A program made the translations under genes and the position numbers. The notes below the pieces were generated by a model, which worked only from the letters and a program-made list of their open reading frames with translations, was not told the DNA's origin and did no database searches. This document shows, piece by piece, positions 1-12,581 of a stretch of 64,000 nt of DNA. Where the stretch lies: assembly GCA_964247055.1 (NCBI GenBank), contig OZ176050.1, positions 6,448,001-6,512,000 on the forward strand, in the 5' to 3' direction. This DNA comes from Paragordius varius (lineage: Eukaryota; Animalia; Nematomorpha). Each line of letters starts with the position of its first letter. Positions within the stretch are counted from its first letter, which is position 1.

Positions 1-293
1 TAATAGTTGAGCATATTAAAAAAATCGAAATCAATTTTCTTTGTTTATGCTAATTGTTCAAATTATTTGATTGAATAACACAGTGTCCATAGAAAATATT
101 ATGATAAAATTATTGGATAGAAAAATGTATCAGGATTATCTGGTGCTTTGGGTGATTTGAGAAAGTTATATACATTTTTTGGCAACTGCCACATACCAAA
201 ATGACAAAATTTGAGAGCAATTTTTTTGTAAAATTTTTTTGATGAAAGTTCAAAGCTTCATTCCAAAAAATATCACTTAAATATATTATAAAC

Positions 294-2507
294 CAGTGGT
301 ACTCACCAAAAAAATTTGACGGGCCAAATAAAATATATTTTTTTTTCGAGGGCCATGAAGCTTATAATGGCAAATATTCCATAGCTATTTGACACATATG
401 CACTTATTTATACTCTAAATCAGCACAATGGTTTTTGCGGATAGCATAATCCAGCTAGAAACCCGTTTTGCACCATTTAGTTTAAAAAATTAAAATATTT
501 TGATAACAGCAGAATTGGACATTAACCAATAATTTTTGACAAATTTGGTTTCACCTCATGACATGCCAATTTTACAAAGTCCTCCATATAATCATCGATT
601 AAGCGATTTCTGTATGTATTCCTTACATACTTCATTTTTAACTATGCCCTCTCACACGTGTAAGTTGTGGGAAAAACAGTTAGGATAACTTGAGTACATT
701 TTTTATATTTTCATATTTATTTGGCACATTGCCAAAACTCTACACTTTATTCCCGATTCTCCTTGAATATGTCCCCAAATTGGAATCATTAAAAATCTAC
801 GAAATTCTTCAACAAAATGCGCATCCGAAATACTCAAGTTGCTTAATATTGGATATATCCATATGCCATGTATTTTCAAACGAGTTTTAAACAATTTTTA
901 ATATTTCTTTTGAAATCTTAATTCATTAGAAAAAAATATTAAATGAATGCCTATTATTAAATTAATCTCCGCTGTAAATTACATATTTTCTTCATGAATT
1001 TGATATAGGAGTGTTTTAATAAAATCTTGTATATATATTTTAGTTTTTAATTAGCAAATAGATGATTAGCAAATTGGGTTATTATTTTGTTCCCTTTGAC
1101 TTGTATTAAAAATACTAAGTTTATAAGTAATGTCGCAAAGGTTTAAAAACCATTGGTCATTTTCAATTTCCTCGTCAAACTTTCTGTTAAAATAATAGAA
1201 TTTCATGTCTTAAAACAGAAAATCTTAATACTTTGCTAAGGCATAGCCATCTCACAGAGGTTACAAAAGAATATCATCAAACTCACTGTAGATATCTTTC
1301 AAAAGGTTTTTGGAACAGAGCTTTTCTGCAACGAATGTGATTAACTATATACACAACCGTTTTACTGAAGAAGTCATTTTTTACACACGAAACCAAGTTT
1401 TGCCGATGAATAACGCAGTGAAAGCATAAAATATTTTCCAAATTAATTGTTTTTTAAAAAGAGATATAAATTCCTTTGTTTGTTCCTATCATTGAGGGAG
1501 AGCTAGCAGATCGATTTATACATATACCATTACTATCGAAAAAAGTGCTTTCATAAAAATTCCTTTCGTTATACATTGGTAAAAATTAAAATTCCTCGTT
1601 GATTATGTTGTCGTTGCAAAATCGCACGAATAGCGCACATTGGTGTTGAACTAATATCCGTGCTAGAATCAATAGCAACACTAAAATACTGGCAGATTTC
1701 AGAGTGTTAAAAATATATTTAGACATATCTTCAATGCGTCTATTAAATCATAAGTTTTTTAATTTGCCTCATGATTTGAATTATGGAATTAAATGAAAAA
1801 GTGCAACCATTTATTAAATATTCTTTTTTAGTTGGTGGTTTTATATTTTTTCCTAAAAAATAGCAAATTTCCTACAAAGCTAATGTTAAACTTTTTCCTC
1901 CATGGACATAATGTTTTCTTTCTGGTATAATTCTTTATGTATTACATATAAGGCAGTTAACAACATTATAATTTAAAAGTTTTCTTCCCATTCCGTTTTA
2001 AAGCGATTATCTTCGGGTAATTTAAGTTTTTTAGCAGATGACATTTCTGAATTTATGTTAATATATTTTATAAATTTTACAAAATAGGAATATAATTTAA
2101 ATTATGATCTAAAAAAACAGGTTGAAATTTAATGATGTTGATTTTAAAAATATTTTATGAAAATGAGTTATGATGATGCAGGATAGTAATGAAAAGAATA
2201 TGTATATGCAAGCTTGGGTGAAAGGCTAAAATACAAAAGGAATGCAATAAAAATTTCAAAATAGAAAAGAATAGAATACAAAACAACAACGTGTGCCAAA
2301 TTTTGAAATCATTTTATAGGGAAATTTTACATATTGGGTAAAAAAAATTACCAAAATTAATCTAAAGAAATTAATATTAAAATAAGCAAAAATATTATTG
2401 TGTATTTTAAAAATTAAAAAAATTTAAATATTAATATGGTCATAGGGCAAATTTAAAGCACTCTTAGGGCCGCATGCGGCCCGCGGGCCGCGGTTTGAGT
2501 ATCACTG
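294..2507 (-). mobile_element. Decayed hAT (Buster/Charlie/SPIN-like) DNA transposon with TIRs, TSD and pseudogenised transposase
   Basis: The ends CAGTGGTACTCA (294) and TGAGTATCACTG (2496-2507) are inverted. Both sides are flanked by an identical 8-bp TTATAAAC (286-293, 2508-2515), matching the nnnTAnnn Buster TSD. The minus strand translates, with stops and frameshifts, to YFSVAIDSSTDIS (~1695-1652), APSMIGTNKG (~1501-1471), HCVIHRQNL (1420-1394) and SVRWLCLSKVLRF (~1258-1220), all hAT transposase motifs. Confidence 0.9.
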
Positions 2508-2566
2508 TTATAAACTATATATACAGCAAAACAATATTATTATTAATTACCTTTTAATGGCCATAT

Positions 2567-3361
2567 AAATGAGCTAGTTTTCTTAAAATAAACGCAAAAA
2601 TGCCGATTTTGCGCGATAAAAATTTAAAATATATGCTAAATTTTGACATTAAAAAAAGTTTTTTTCCGATAAAAGGGATTTCTTAAAAATATAATTTATA
2701 GCAAAGTTTTGTTGAAGCCACTTCATATTATTTTACGTATGATGGAAACGGTATAAAAGCGTTTTACAGTATGCATTTTATTGTCTGTTAACTTATTTTA
2801 TAGCTTGTCAAATAAAAGACGGTGTAATAAATGTTAAAAATACTGATCCAAATTATTCGAAGTGTACATATGAAAGAGAATTGATGTGAGAATTAACAGT
2901 CTTAATATGATGGATATTTTGTAATGCTAAATTTTGAGAATATAATAGAAATTTATGTTAAAATTTAAATTTATTGTTGACACGTATTTAGATGCAGAAT
3001 TTTGTGGATATTTTTAATATAAAAACATTATTTAATTTGAAAATGATGAATCGTAATCGTCTTGAAATTTGTATATAATATATATTATGTTTTTACGAAA
3101 TTAAAATTATGAAGCGATATAAACTTTTATAATTATCATTAAATTATGAATAAAGTATATTTTAAAACGTTATTATACCTTTTTTATTATGCCTCAAAAT
3201 AGTATGAAATACGCCTCTACAAAATTGTGCTAATTATTACTTGAGCAAAAATCTTTTTTTTTTCGGAAAAAACTTATTTTAATGTCAAAATTTAGCACAT
3301 ATATACAATTGTTATCGAGCTATCTCGCCATTTAGGCGTTGTTTTATAAATTAACTCATTT
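2567..3361. mobile_element. Non-autonomous element with ~100-bp degenerate terminal inverted repeats (fold-back/MULE-like)
   Basis: 2567-2669 (...tgctaaattttgacattaaaaaaagtttttttccga) is the diverged reverse complement of 3263-3361 (tcggaaaaaacttattttaatgtcaaaatttagca...). No clear TSD was seen. Confidence 0.6.
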
Positions 3362-4362
3362 TAGAAGGGCGAAAAAATTTGGGACTGGAACCCACATCTA
3401 AAAATTAATGTTTTATAAAAATATTGTTTTGTTTTTAATATGTGGTGATTTATTTTAGTGAAATTTTTTGAAGTTAACTTTCACAAAAAAAATATATAAT
3501 AAATTTGTGAAAATTTTGTCATTTTTTGATATGGAGCACTTACCACAAAAGTTTAATTAACTTTTTTAAATCACTCGTAAGTGCCAAAACCAAAAGCACA
3601 ATAACTTGATACATATTATCAGAATATATATATTTCATCAAGATATTTTTTATATCCCCCCTCCGATTTTAAAGACAGAATTAAAATCGAATTTAAGAAT
3701 CGATTGATTTTTCCCATTTTGTCATTCCAGAAAAAACATGTATCCTTGTACAAATTAAAATGTTCAAATTTTTTTGTTATTAGTTACATTTATAATAGTA
3801 ATGAGCTGGTTTAAATAAACAGCCCGCGAATAAAATTCCTACTTTTAATACAAAAATAAATAATATTAAACTTTCAGACGGTGTCAATATTAATTTACGG
3901 AGTAATAATTATGAAAAGTCGAAGATTATTTGCATATAGAGGAGTGTTCCGCCGTCATATTATTTATAAATAATCGTAATCATCCTTAGAGCCAAAAGTA
4001 TTAAATCATGAACAGCAGCAAAATCAAAAGATGGTCTATTACAAGTATCCTTACTGCATGCAAAAATACTAAGCAAGATTATAATAAAATCATACGCTCA
4101 AATAACATTTTTTGAAAATAACAATTAAAAAAGGGCTTGATGAAATCAAAGTATATGACCATTTTCATTTATTACGAAATTTAAGAAATACATCTATTAC
4201 AAAAGGTGCTGTGTGTTAAGAGATCAGCTATACCGATAGAATCAAGTAATAGGCTAATCCAATTTTGATTGATAGAAAAATTGTACAAAATATATGTAGT
4301 ATGATCTATCACTAATAATATATACATACATATATTTATAAATAATTTGGATATTTTATTAG

Positions 4363-6539
4363 TTATTTTTTATGTAAATTATCATCTATCAAATATATGG
4401 AGATGGGAAATAGTGTGTATTCCGCTAATTCTAAAATGTAAAAAAATAACATGTAGGGGAAACTGAAGATGCACATACGACGTTTCCAAGATTTCCAACA
4501 TCGACTAAAGTACAGGAGTTGATAGATGACAACTGGAGACATGACAAGCATATATGTTACAATAATAAGAAGAAATAAATATATTTTCCGACGAGACTTG
4601 TGCCGTTTACTGCAATAACGTTGTGGGAAAAAGATATTTAAGGCATTGTTGGTATGATGGATACATGATGATTCGTTAACAAACGTATTTTTGGTTGTGG
4701 GAGAAGTGACATCTGGGTGTTTATTTTCCGTTGTTACAGGAAACGGATGTGCTGAGAACATCAAATGATTAAATTGAGACACCATTTTTCCATGCCAAAG
4801 TTGGATAAAACTTTTATTGCGTGTGGAAACAAATTTGACACATTTCTTTTGACACATGCATGGAACGAGGAGATTAGCAACACACAAATATCGATCATTA
4901 ATTTTGTTCATGTACTTGATGCGTTTGAGGATGAGGTAAATGAGTATAAGCAAGAAAATGTGGGGAAAAACTTTCAACATTGACATAATGGTACCCGTTA
5001 TATTGTTGAGTAAGTGACCATCATATCGCTTGTAGCGAAGCAAACACCTAATTTCATCACCGTGTTGACACTCCACAATTTTGAAGCCAGTCGTGTAAGG
5101 AATGATAAGTAGTGTTCCAGCAACCATGACTATGGCAGGAAATGCCGTATAAAAACATCGACGACGTAATGAATGGATATCCCACCTCCGCTCCATACAT
5201 GCATATCGATCAAATAGTAACCCAACTCTATAGTACACCAAAATAAATATAATATTGTATAATAGTTTATTTAAATTCCAAGCTAATTTTTACGGGTTGT
5301 TTTAGACACTGGAGTTTTGTAAAAAACGAATAAACGTGGGTCAAACGCGCGGCCCGCAAAAAATTTTAAATTTTATAATGTGAAAATATGCTCATAAAAT
5401 ATTATCGAAATAGATATTTAATAAACAAATTTTCTGAAAAATACATACAATGTGCACCAAACTAAAACAAATGTATTATTGTGTTTATATTTTACAGTAC
5501 AGCGAATTTTTTTACACAAAAATGCGGCCAAAGCCATTTTGTTGGACACCTAGGTCTATTACGATCAATAAATATTCTTAATAACTCCTTAATTTATTTC
5601 ATTAAGATGTGTTATAATATTTGAATATTCCTAACATTAAGTAATATATATTGCCCTACCTTTATTAGAAAAGTTAATTAAATACCGCTTTAAAGTATTT
5701 GCATATCGCAACATATGTCCTGATCCGCACAATAAAAGAAAACCGGAACCGGGAACGTGAGTTTTAAAAATGGTTTTGCAACAAGAATCAATTAAGATTT
5801 GGTCTGTCACCACCCAAAAATAACGATCAAAAAACCGAAAATCATGTTAAAAACAAGCGCTTTTAGATCACCAATTTTCTTCACGAAAGTTTAAACCAGA
5901 TAGCTACAAAACCTGAGTTATCTATGTTAAAATAATCTGGTTTTGGATATTAATAGCACTATTTCAAAAAAGTAAAAATATTTTTTTTTAAAGCGTTCTG
6001 TCGATTCTAACTATTTAAAATGAATTTTTTATAAGACCGCTAACAATATTGCAATAAATTTTGCAAATGGTATGGTAGAAATTTTAATATTTTTAACCAA
6101 AAAATATTATATTAATTTAGATGTGTATAGGCCTTGTTTACCTTATCCATTGTTCCGTAAGATTAATTGAATTAAGAAATATGAGGTACAAAATAATGGC
6201 TATGAGGTACAAATTACATCGTCGATTAACATGTAAAAAGTGGAGTAAACCAGTCTCCACCAACCGAACATTGTATGGAAATGCAAGTGCAATGAGACCA
6301 ATTATACAATTAATTTTGAGGTAATAGTAGCCGCGTTTAAGGCAGGGCACCATCTTACTCAATCGAACCAGAATAAACATATTACTAACTATTCCAGACA
6401 CGACCAAAAGAATGTATATAGTAGTGTAAAGGACCCAATTACCACGTTTTAGATAGGGTCTAAAACTTCGCCATTTATCACATGTCTGTATAATTTCATT
6501 GCCAGCAAAAGGATTGGTAGTTGGTGTAGAATTTGACAT
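4363..6539 (-). CDS. Orphan class A (rhodopsin-like) 7TM receptor, two exons (6539-6142, 5227-4363), ~420 aa
   Basis: The two ORFs join through a phase-2 GT-AG intron (ATA AG|gtaaac ... tactatag|A GTT) to give WIRVGLLFDRY, i.e. TM3 with a DRY motif. Seven hydrophobic segments are present, TM1 has SN in place of GN, ICL3 is long and TM7 ends FPISIY. Confidence 0.8.
5335..5551. mobile_element. hAT-family MITE relic
   Basis: The left end gggtcaaacgcgcggcccgc and right end gcggccaaagccattttgttggacacc resemble the termini of the hAT at 294-2507 and the MITE at 42860. Confidence 0.5.
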
Positions 6540-8847
6540 TAATCCAAATTACAAAAAAACGATTGTGCTCAATCAAAAAAGGAATAACAAAACGATAAAA
6601 CTTTTTTTGTCAAATCATTCAGCATCATAAATTATTTAGTGATATTATGTTAGTAGTGGGCTAAATTTTTGCTCAATGAGATGGGGTATCGAAATATAAA
6701 TAAACTTCTCTTTATTAATGCAACGGGGAACAATGAAGTTTTTGGTATTGGTGTAAGAAGTAATAAATGACATCATTCCATATACATATATTGTCAAAAA
6801 GTATTTTTAACAAATGAGCAGTTAATCCAATATTAATAGATAATATATAAATTATTTATGTATTTAAAGAAAAATTTCTAATCTTAAAATACTATAACAC
6901 AATTACCATCAATAATATCTATAATTAATTATTGAGTTGAAAAAAATATATTTTGTAAATTTAAAAAACGTTTAAAATAATATTTTTCGTATCTGTTTTA
7001 TCTATAAATACTATTAAACATTGAATGTGTGTTTCAAAATAGGTATCATAAATAATCCTGGATAATATAAATATAGTTATCCATCATCTTTTATAGAAAG
7101 CAGACGTTCCTATATTAATTTATTTATTGAAAGTATAAAACGTTTATTAACGGAAAAATATTAAAAAAAATAATTTTTATATAACAGTTTAAAAATTTAC
7201 TATTTCCTTTGTAAGACATATTTGTACCAAATAAAGTTTATAGCTAGTTTAATATAGGAACATATAAATAATTTGCTATATATATATAGTTAATTATCAC
7301 ATAAATGTGATATAACATTAGTGAACAAATAGGTTTAAAACATATCCTTCATTTGATATTTTCTCATTAATAAAAATCATATTTTGATACCATCATGGTT
7401 CTGAATGAAAAGATAAAAAAATCTGGTATTTTAAGGTTCTAAACATCGCTTAATTCATTAATGATACATTATATACTTATCTTTTTGTTTAATTAATAAA
7501 TTTTTAAATATAGTTTTGCATATACTTTACAGATGCAGAATAATAGGGGTTTTAAATGAAAAGTTTAGTAGTGGGGAACTTAGTTTGTAGGTAACAAAAT
7601 AAATTTAATTTTTAGCTCATGTCACCCGTGGCTTTGACTTTGTCGACAATACATTAGAGAATGAATAATATTTTTTCAGTAATTAACGCTTAAGAATTAA
7701 TACAAAATATGATTTTTTGTTTGGGGGCATATTGGACCTAGGAGGAAGCTGTCACTTTATTTTAAAAAAGCTCTTGCAAGTTGTTGTTATAGGGGGAATA
7801 CTTAAAAACATTATTGATTTTATCTGGCCTTATAGTTTTCCCAAATGTTGTTAAAAACCACTCTCTTTTTATATACTGTACAGGATGGGGCCTTAACCTC
7901 TAAGCAATTTTTCCCCTTTTTTAAGCGGTATACCGATCATGGCTGATTACATATGGACTCAATAAGTTTTCCGAATGTTTGGTTCAAATACACTTTATGT
8001 GCTATATTTTTCAGAGCTACCTAGTGACCAACTTAAAAACACTCGGACAAATTTGCCCTTATAACCAACTACATATGCTTGCGATTCTTTTATAAGTAAA
8101 CGTATTAAACGTAAATACGAATTTAGTTTTTCGAATAAAATTAATAAATATTTGAGGATAATAAATTCCTTTTTATTCGCCTATATCAAATAATACTGAA
8201 ATATTTAATCTTGGGGTCAGCATGCTTTGATAAGCTGAGTCAATTAAATTGTAATTGGGGTATGAATCAGCTATATATTATTAATTGGTGTATAATAATC
8301 CCGTTGCACGTTTCATAAGCCAAACCCAGGTTATCAAAATAATTTATGAGATTGCGAAGATTAACCTATTGAAGAATATTTATGATAGTCAAATAAATTA
8401 CAGATACCATATTAGATCTGGATGATAGGGAAAAATCTATTTTGAGTGATATATTGAAAAATCAAATCATTTTTTATTTAGATTTTATTATAGATGTAAC
8501 TGGATCCTACAATCTCATACGAATTGTGAAAACTATATAAAAGATATTTTCAAAGCACTAAAATGATATTATATATTTTAAATGGTATATATATATATAT
8601 ATATATATTAAGGGCATTTATAATATATTTTTATGTACAAATATATTATTAATTATTGATAATGATGTGTCTTAATATACTTCTATCAATACAATTTCTG
8701 ATATAAGATATAAAACTGTGTGCTCTTCTGAAACAATATTGATTGAATCATTTTTTCAGTATTAGTTGTAGCCTACATGTCATACAAATAACTTGATTTT
8801 ATAACATAGAGATTGAAAAATTAGATATATATAAATATGTGTGTGTA

Positions 8848-9073
8848 TATACCATTTACAGTTCAAATTCACTATAAAATAATTATGTGTTTGTAAAGTT
8901 AAAACTTACCTATATTTTTTATATTTTTAAAAAATAAAATTTTGTTTATAATTAAAATAATACTGAAAAAATAATAAACTCTACCATAAGAATATATATT
9001 TTATATTAATAATAAGTTATATAAGCTTGAAAACCATAATTTATTTTTAGGGTGAATTTGAATTGTAAATGGT
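8848..9073. mobile_element. TA-flanked MITE, family copy 1
   Basis: Ends TACCATTTACAGTTCAAATTCAC and GTGAATTTGAATTGTAAATGGT are inverted, and the same ends occur at 19839 and 21648. Confidence 0.75.
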
Positions 9074-10006
9074 TTGTTTTTTAATAAAAATTATTATCAA
9101 AATTTTTTCACCACGTGAATACTAAAATGCATAGTTATAACTGTAAACTAATTACATAATGGCTATAAAAGATCGAATATGTTATACTTTATATCTATCT
9201 ATACTGGTGTCAGGCGACTTCTATGTAGGTGAATTATTCTGCAGCGTTAACAGTTTCATAAAAATTGTTAAACAAGGATTGATAAAGATATAATACCGAT
9301 TATCCCGGAGACCATACATACCATATTTAGTGGATAAAGCCAACCTAAAAATATACTAAACGTAAAATTTATTAAACAAAAATTACAGTCATGGATAAAT
9401 CCTTTAGTAAGATTTTATTATTTTTCGTTAAATGAGTATAAGTATTTGTTAAAGAATGGAAAAATGAAGAGCTCTGTGGTATTAACAATATCTGATCAAA
9501 AAAGTTAAAGAAGTGTGTAGCGAGTATCTTATATGGTAAAAATGTGTTTAATTATAATGAAAATTCACTAATAACTAACTATTCATCTTATAATTATTGT
9601 TGTAAAAGAGTTTTGAGAATGTAATAAATTTTTTAGCAAAAATACTATCTTTTAAATGTTTAACAAAATAAATAAACGACGTAAAAATTAATTTTGATAT
9701 ATAGATACAAAAATCAAAAAATATAATTTATTTGTTAGAAAAATATATCTAATGCATCACAATAAATAGTAACCTAAAACAAACAAAATAATGGTCAAAC
9801 TATATGGAAATGTAATCATATAATATATTTAATGGAAATATAGGGAATGAATATTATTAATTATAATAATATAGCGTGCTTTATAAAAAATTTATAAGCG
9901 AACTGAATGCGTTTACAAATAAATTTAATAGATCATTCAAAATACATTCTAAGAAATTTAAATTTACTTTAATCCTATTTTTTCCATGATAATTGTGATA
10001 AACAAG

Positions 10007-10531
10007 CTGATCCTACAATCGTTTTCCTGGATTCCAGAACTGTTATCGCAATTAGAAACGCATTTGGAGCTAACACATTATCATTGTTAGAATGGACTAA
10101 TTAAATTAAAAATAAAATTTACCTTTATAAAATTTGTGAAAATTGTTTTTTCCATGATAAAAAAAATCAAAAACGATATTTTAAAGTTTTCTATCATCAC
10201 TAAGAAGGCAGGCGCCTAAACTCTTCTAGCATGGTGTGGGTGTGAAAAAGGAAATTTTATCAAGTTTTGTTTGCATTCAGTATTTGACTATAAGTTAAGG
10301 AATATGATTTTCGTGTTTTTTAGATTTGGCTGTTAAAAAGAAAATGCAGTTAGAAAACTTTAAAAATATAATTTTTAATTTTTTTATCATGAAAAAAGTA
10401 TTTTTTTGATAATACGAAGGTAAATTATTTTTATATTAATTAGTGGATTCTAACAATGATAATGTATTAGCTCCCAACAGCATTTCTGAATGTGACAGCT
10501 ATGAACTCCAGGAAAATGATTGTAGGATCAG
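10007..10531. repeat. Head-to-head inverted duplication (arms ~10007-10193 and ~10351-10531, spacer ~157 bp)
   Basis: ctgatcctacaatc...gagctaacacattatcattgttagaatggactaattaa...ttttaaagttttcta aligns with the reverse complement of tagaaaactttaaaa...ttaattagtggattctaacaatgataatgtattagctc...gattgtaggatcag. Confidence 0.85.
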
Positions 10532-10810
10532 TAATATCATTTTATTAAATTCTTTGACAACTCATCTATCTTTTTATATATTTTAGCTGATATGATCATC
10601 CCAGAGAATGATGGTAATAAAATCTTAATTTTTAAGGATTATCCACATTATCCAGTGATCCTTGGGATGATAACTTTTCCAGTCTTTTATCAGGTATTTT
10701 TGTTATTATTAGAGATAGAGTTGATTATGATTTAAAAATCTAATAATCTATTTTTATTTAGATGATCACGCGGATTATAAAAAAATATCGAACAAGTGCA
10801 TTAAATTATA
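10444..10810 (+). CDS. Fragment of a small-exon gene of unknown function (exons 10444-10530, 10587-10613, 10637-10693, 10762-~10810)
   Basis: Consecutive phase-1 GT-AG-bounded exons read open as VDSNNDNVLAPNSISECDSYELQENDCRI-TDMIIPEND-GLSTLSSDPWDDNFSSLLS-DDHADYKK. No start codon or domain was recognised, so it may be a pseudogene. Confidence 0.4.
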
Positions 10811-12581
10811 ATGTTTTAGATAATAAGACTACCAAACTATTGGAATCAGTGGTGTCAAAATTATCAAATTGTCCCGCTATAATAACTAATGAGAATAATC
10901 CTAATTCTTTTCACTCGAGACACAACAATAAAAAAAGGAAATCAAATGGAGAGGTATCATAATTTCTATGTTCAAATAACAAATCTAACATTTACGAAAT
11001 CTCATACCGATATGGTTAATGACATATGATATAGATCAACCAGGATATAACTAAATGATTTCCAATGATTTATATTTTGATAATAATGCATTTATACATA
11101 AATAAATTTATTTATAATTAGAGATTATTTCATTAGTTGTTCATAGCTTTGGAATACATTATATAGGATGATTTTTTATAAATACAAATTGTGTCATTTA
11201 AATAGTAGTAAATCTTTATTATCAAAGTTTTAAACTTCCAAAATTTTTAGTATGCAAATATCGATTGATTTCCTATTGTTTGGTAATTAAAATTACATAT
11301 AAAATCTGATAACATTGATTTTACCTGTATATATTAATATGTCAAAAATTATTAAAAATTAAAAATGCAAAACGTATACAACAAAAAAATACCATCTACA
11401 TAGATTTTCTCAAACCCAAATATTTTTACTCGTTCATTTAATAATATTTAAAATTACCATATTACAAATTTCCATAATTATTTATTAATATGAAAAATCT
11501 TGATTATTATTTTTAATTATGGATAAATAACATAAATATATTAAAATGCCTGTATATATTTATTAAATATTGAAATCCACAAAACGCATCTAAATACGTA
11601 TTAACAGTAAATTTTAATGTTAACATAAATTGCTATAATACCAAAATTTAGCATTAAAAAATATTTAAAAAATTAAGCCTATGTTAATTCTCACGTCAAT
11701 CCTCTTTCATATATGTAGTATAAAATAATTTTGTAGTATTTTTTACATTTAATCATTTCTTTTATATAGCTAGCCATAAAATTAATTGGCAGACAATAAA
11801 ATGCATACTGTAAATTTGCGATAAAAGGAAAACGAAATGGTCTATCATTTATAATAAATTATGTTAGTTGTTTTCATCTCCAACCTTAGCTTAATGCATA
11901 TCAATGAAAACTCTTTTCAAACATCTTTAGAAATGAAAATGGTAAATTTGCTAAAAAATTAGCAAAATTTTTTATTACCACCTCATTTACAATAATACTT
12001 ATATGAGGGTTAATTATTAGTGTATTTTCTTATATTGAAACACATTTTTACCATATAAATTTTTCAACGCTCTTGCCCTAAACTTCTTTTCCGTTTTTGA
12101 TGAATGTATTACTACCATTGAAATTTTATTTTTTCCATTCTTTAACAAATACGTTACGTATTTAACAGAAAATAAAATAGTTTTACTAAAAGAATACATG
12201 TCTGTAATACGAATATACTACCAATTATCACCGAGATCATAACAATTTCAATTAGAAAGTTTGATTGCTTTTTCTTTTAGACAAGTCAAGTATCTTCTTA
12301 TGCACCAATGTTATTAATTATTTTGAAGACTAGTCATTTCATTGCTAATCCGAACCCATGACAATTCTTAGCTGATAAATTAATTGATTTTATTTGATAA
12401 ATACAGATATCTGCTGATAAATTTTAGAAAAAAACTTTTTCACAAGGTCCAACAAAAGATCTTGGCTTATATGGCTGCATGCATTTCTTTTAAGATTAGC
12501 GCTAATTCTCCCTTCCACATAATCCAAAAATGTAGCTAAATAGAGCAGAAGCGTGTGTTTGCCTAACGCATAAAAATAAGC

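Noticed and set aside
690-894. Short ORFs on both strands as host genes
   Set aside because: They lie within the decayed hAT transposase region.
2818-2890. GVINVKNTD as a Polinton/adintovirus protein motif
   Set aside because: It is only a short resemblance with multiple stops and no supporting downstream motif.
7720-8100. GC-richer patches (also ~32430-32680, 33560-33780, 62170-62380) as specific LINE families
   Set aside because: They are probably old TE debris, but the translations give only vague motif resemblance, not enough to call.
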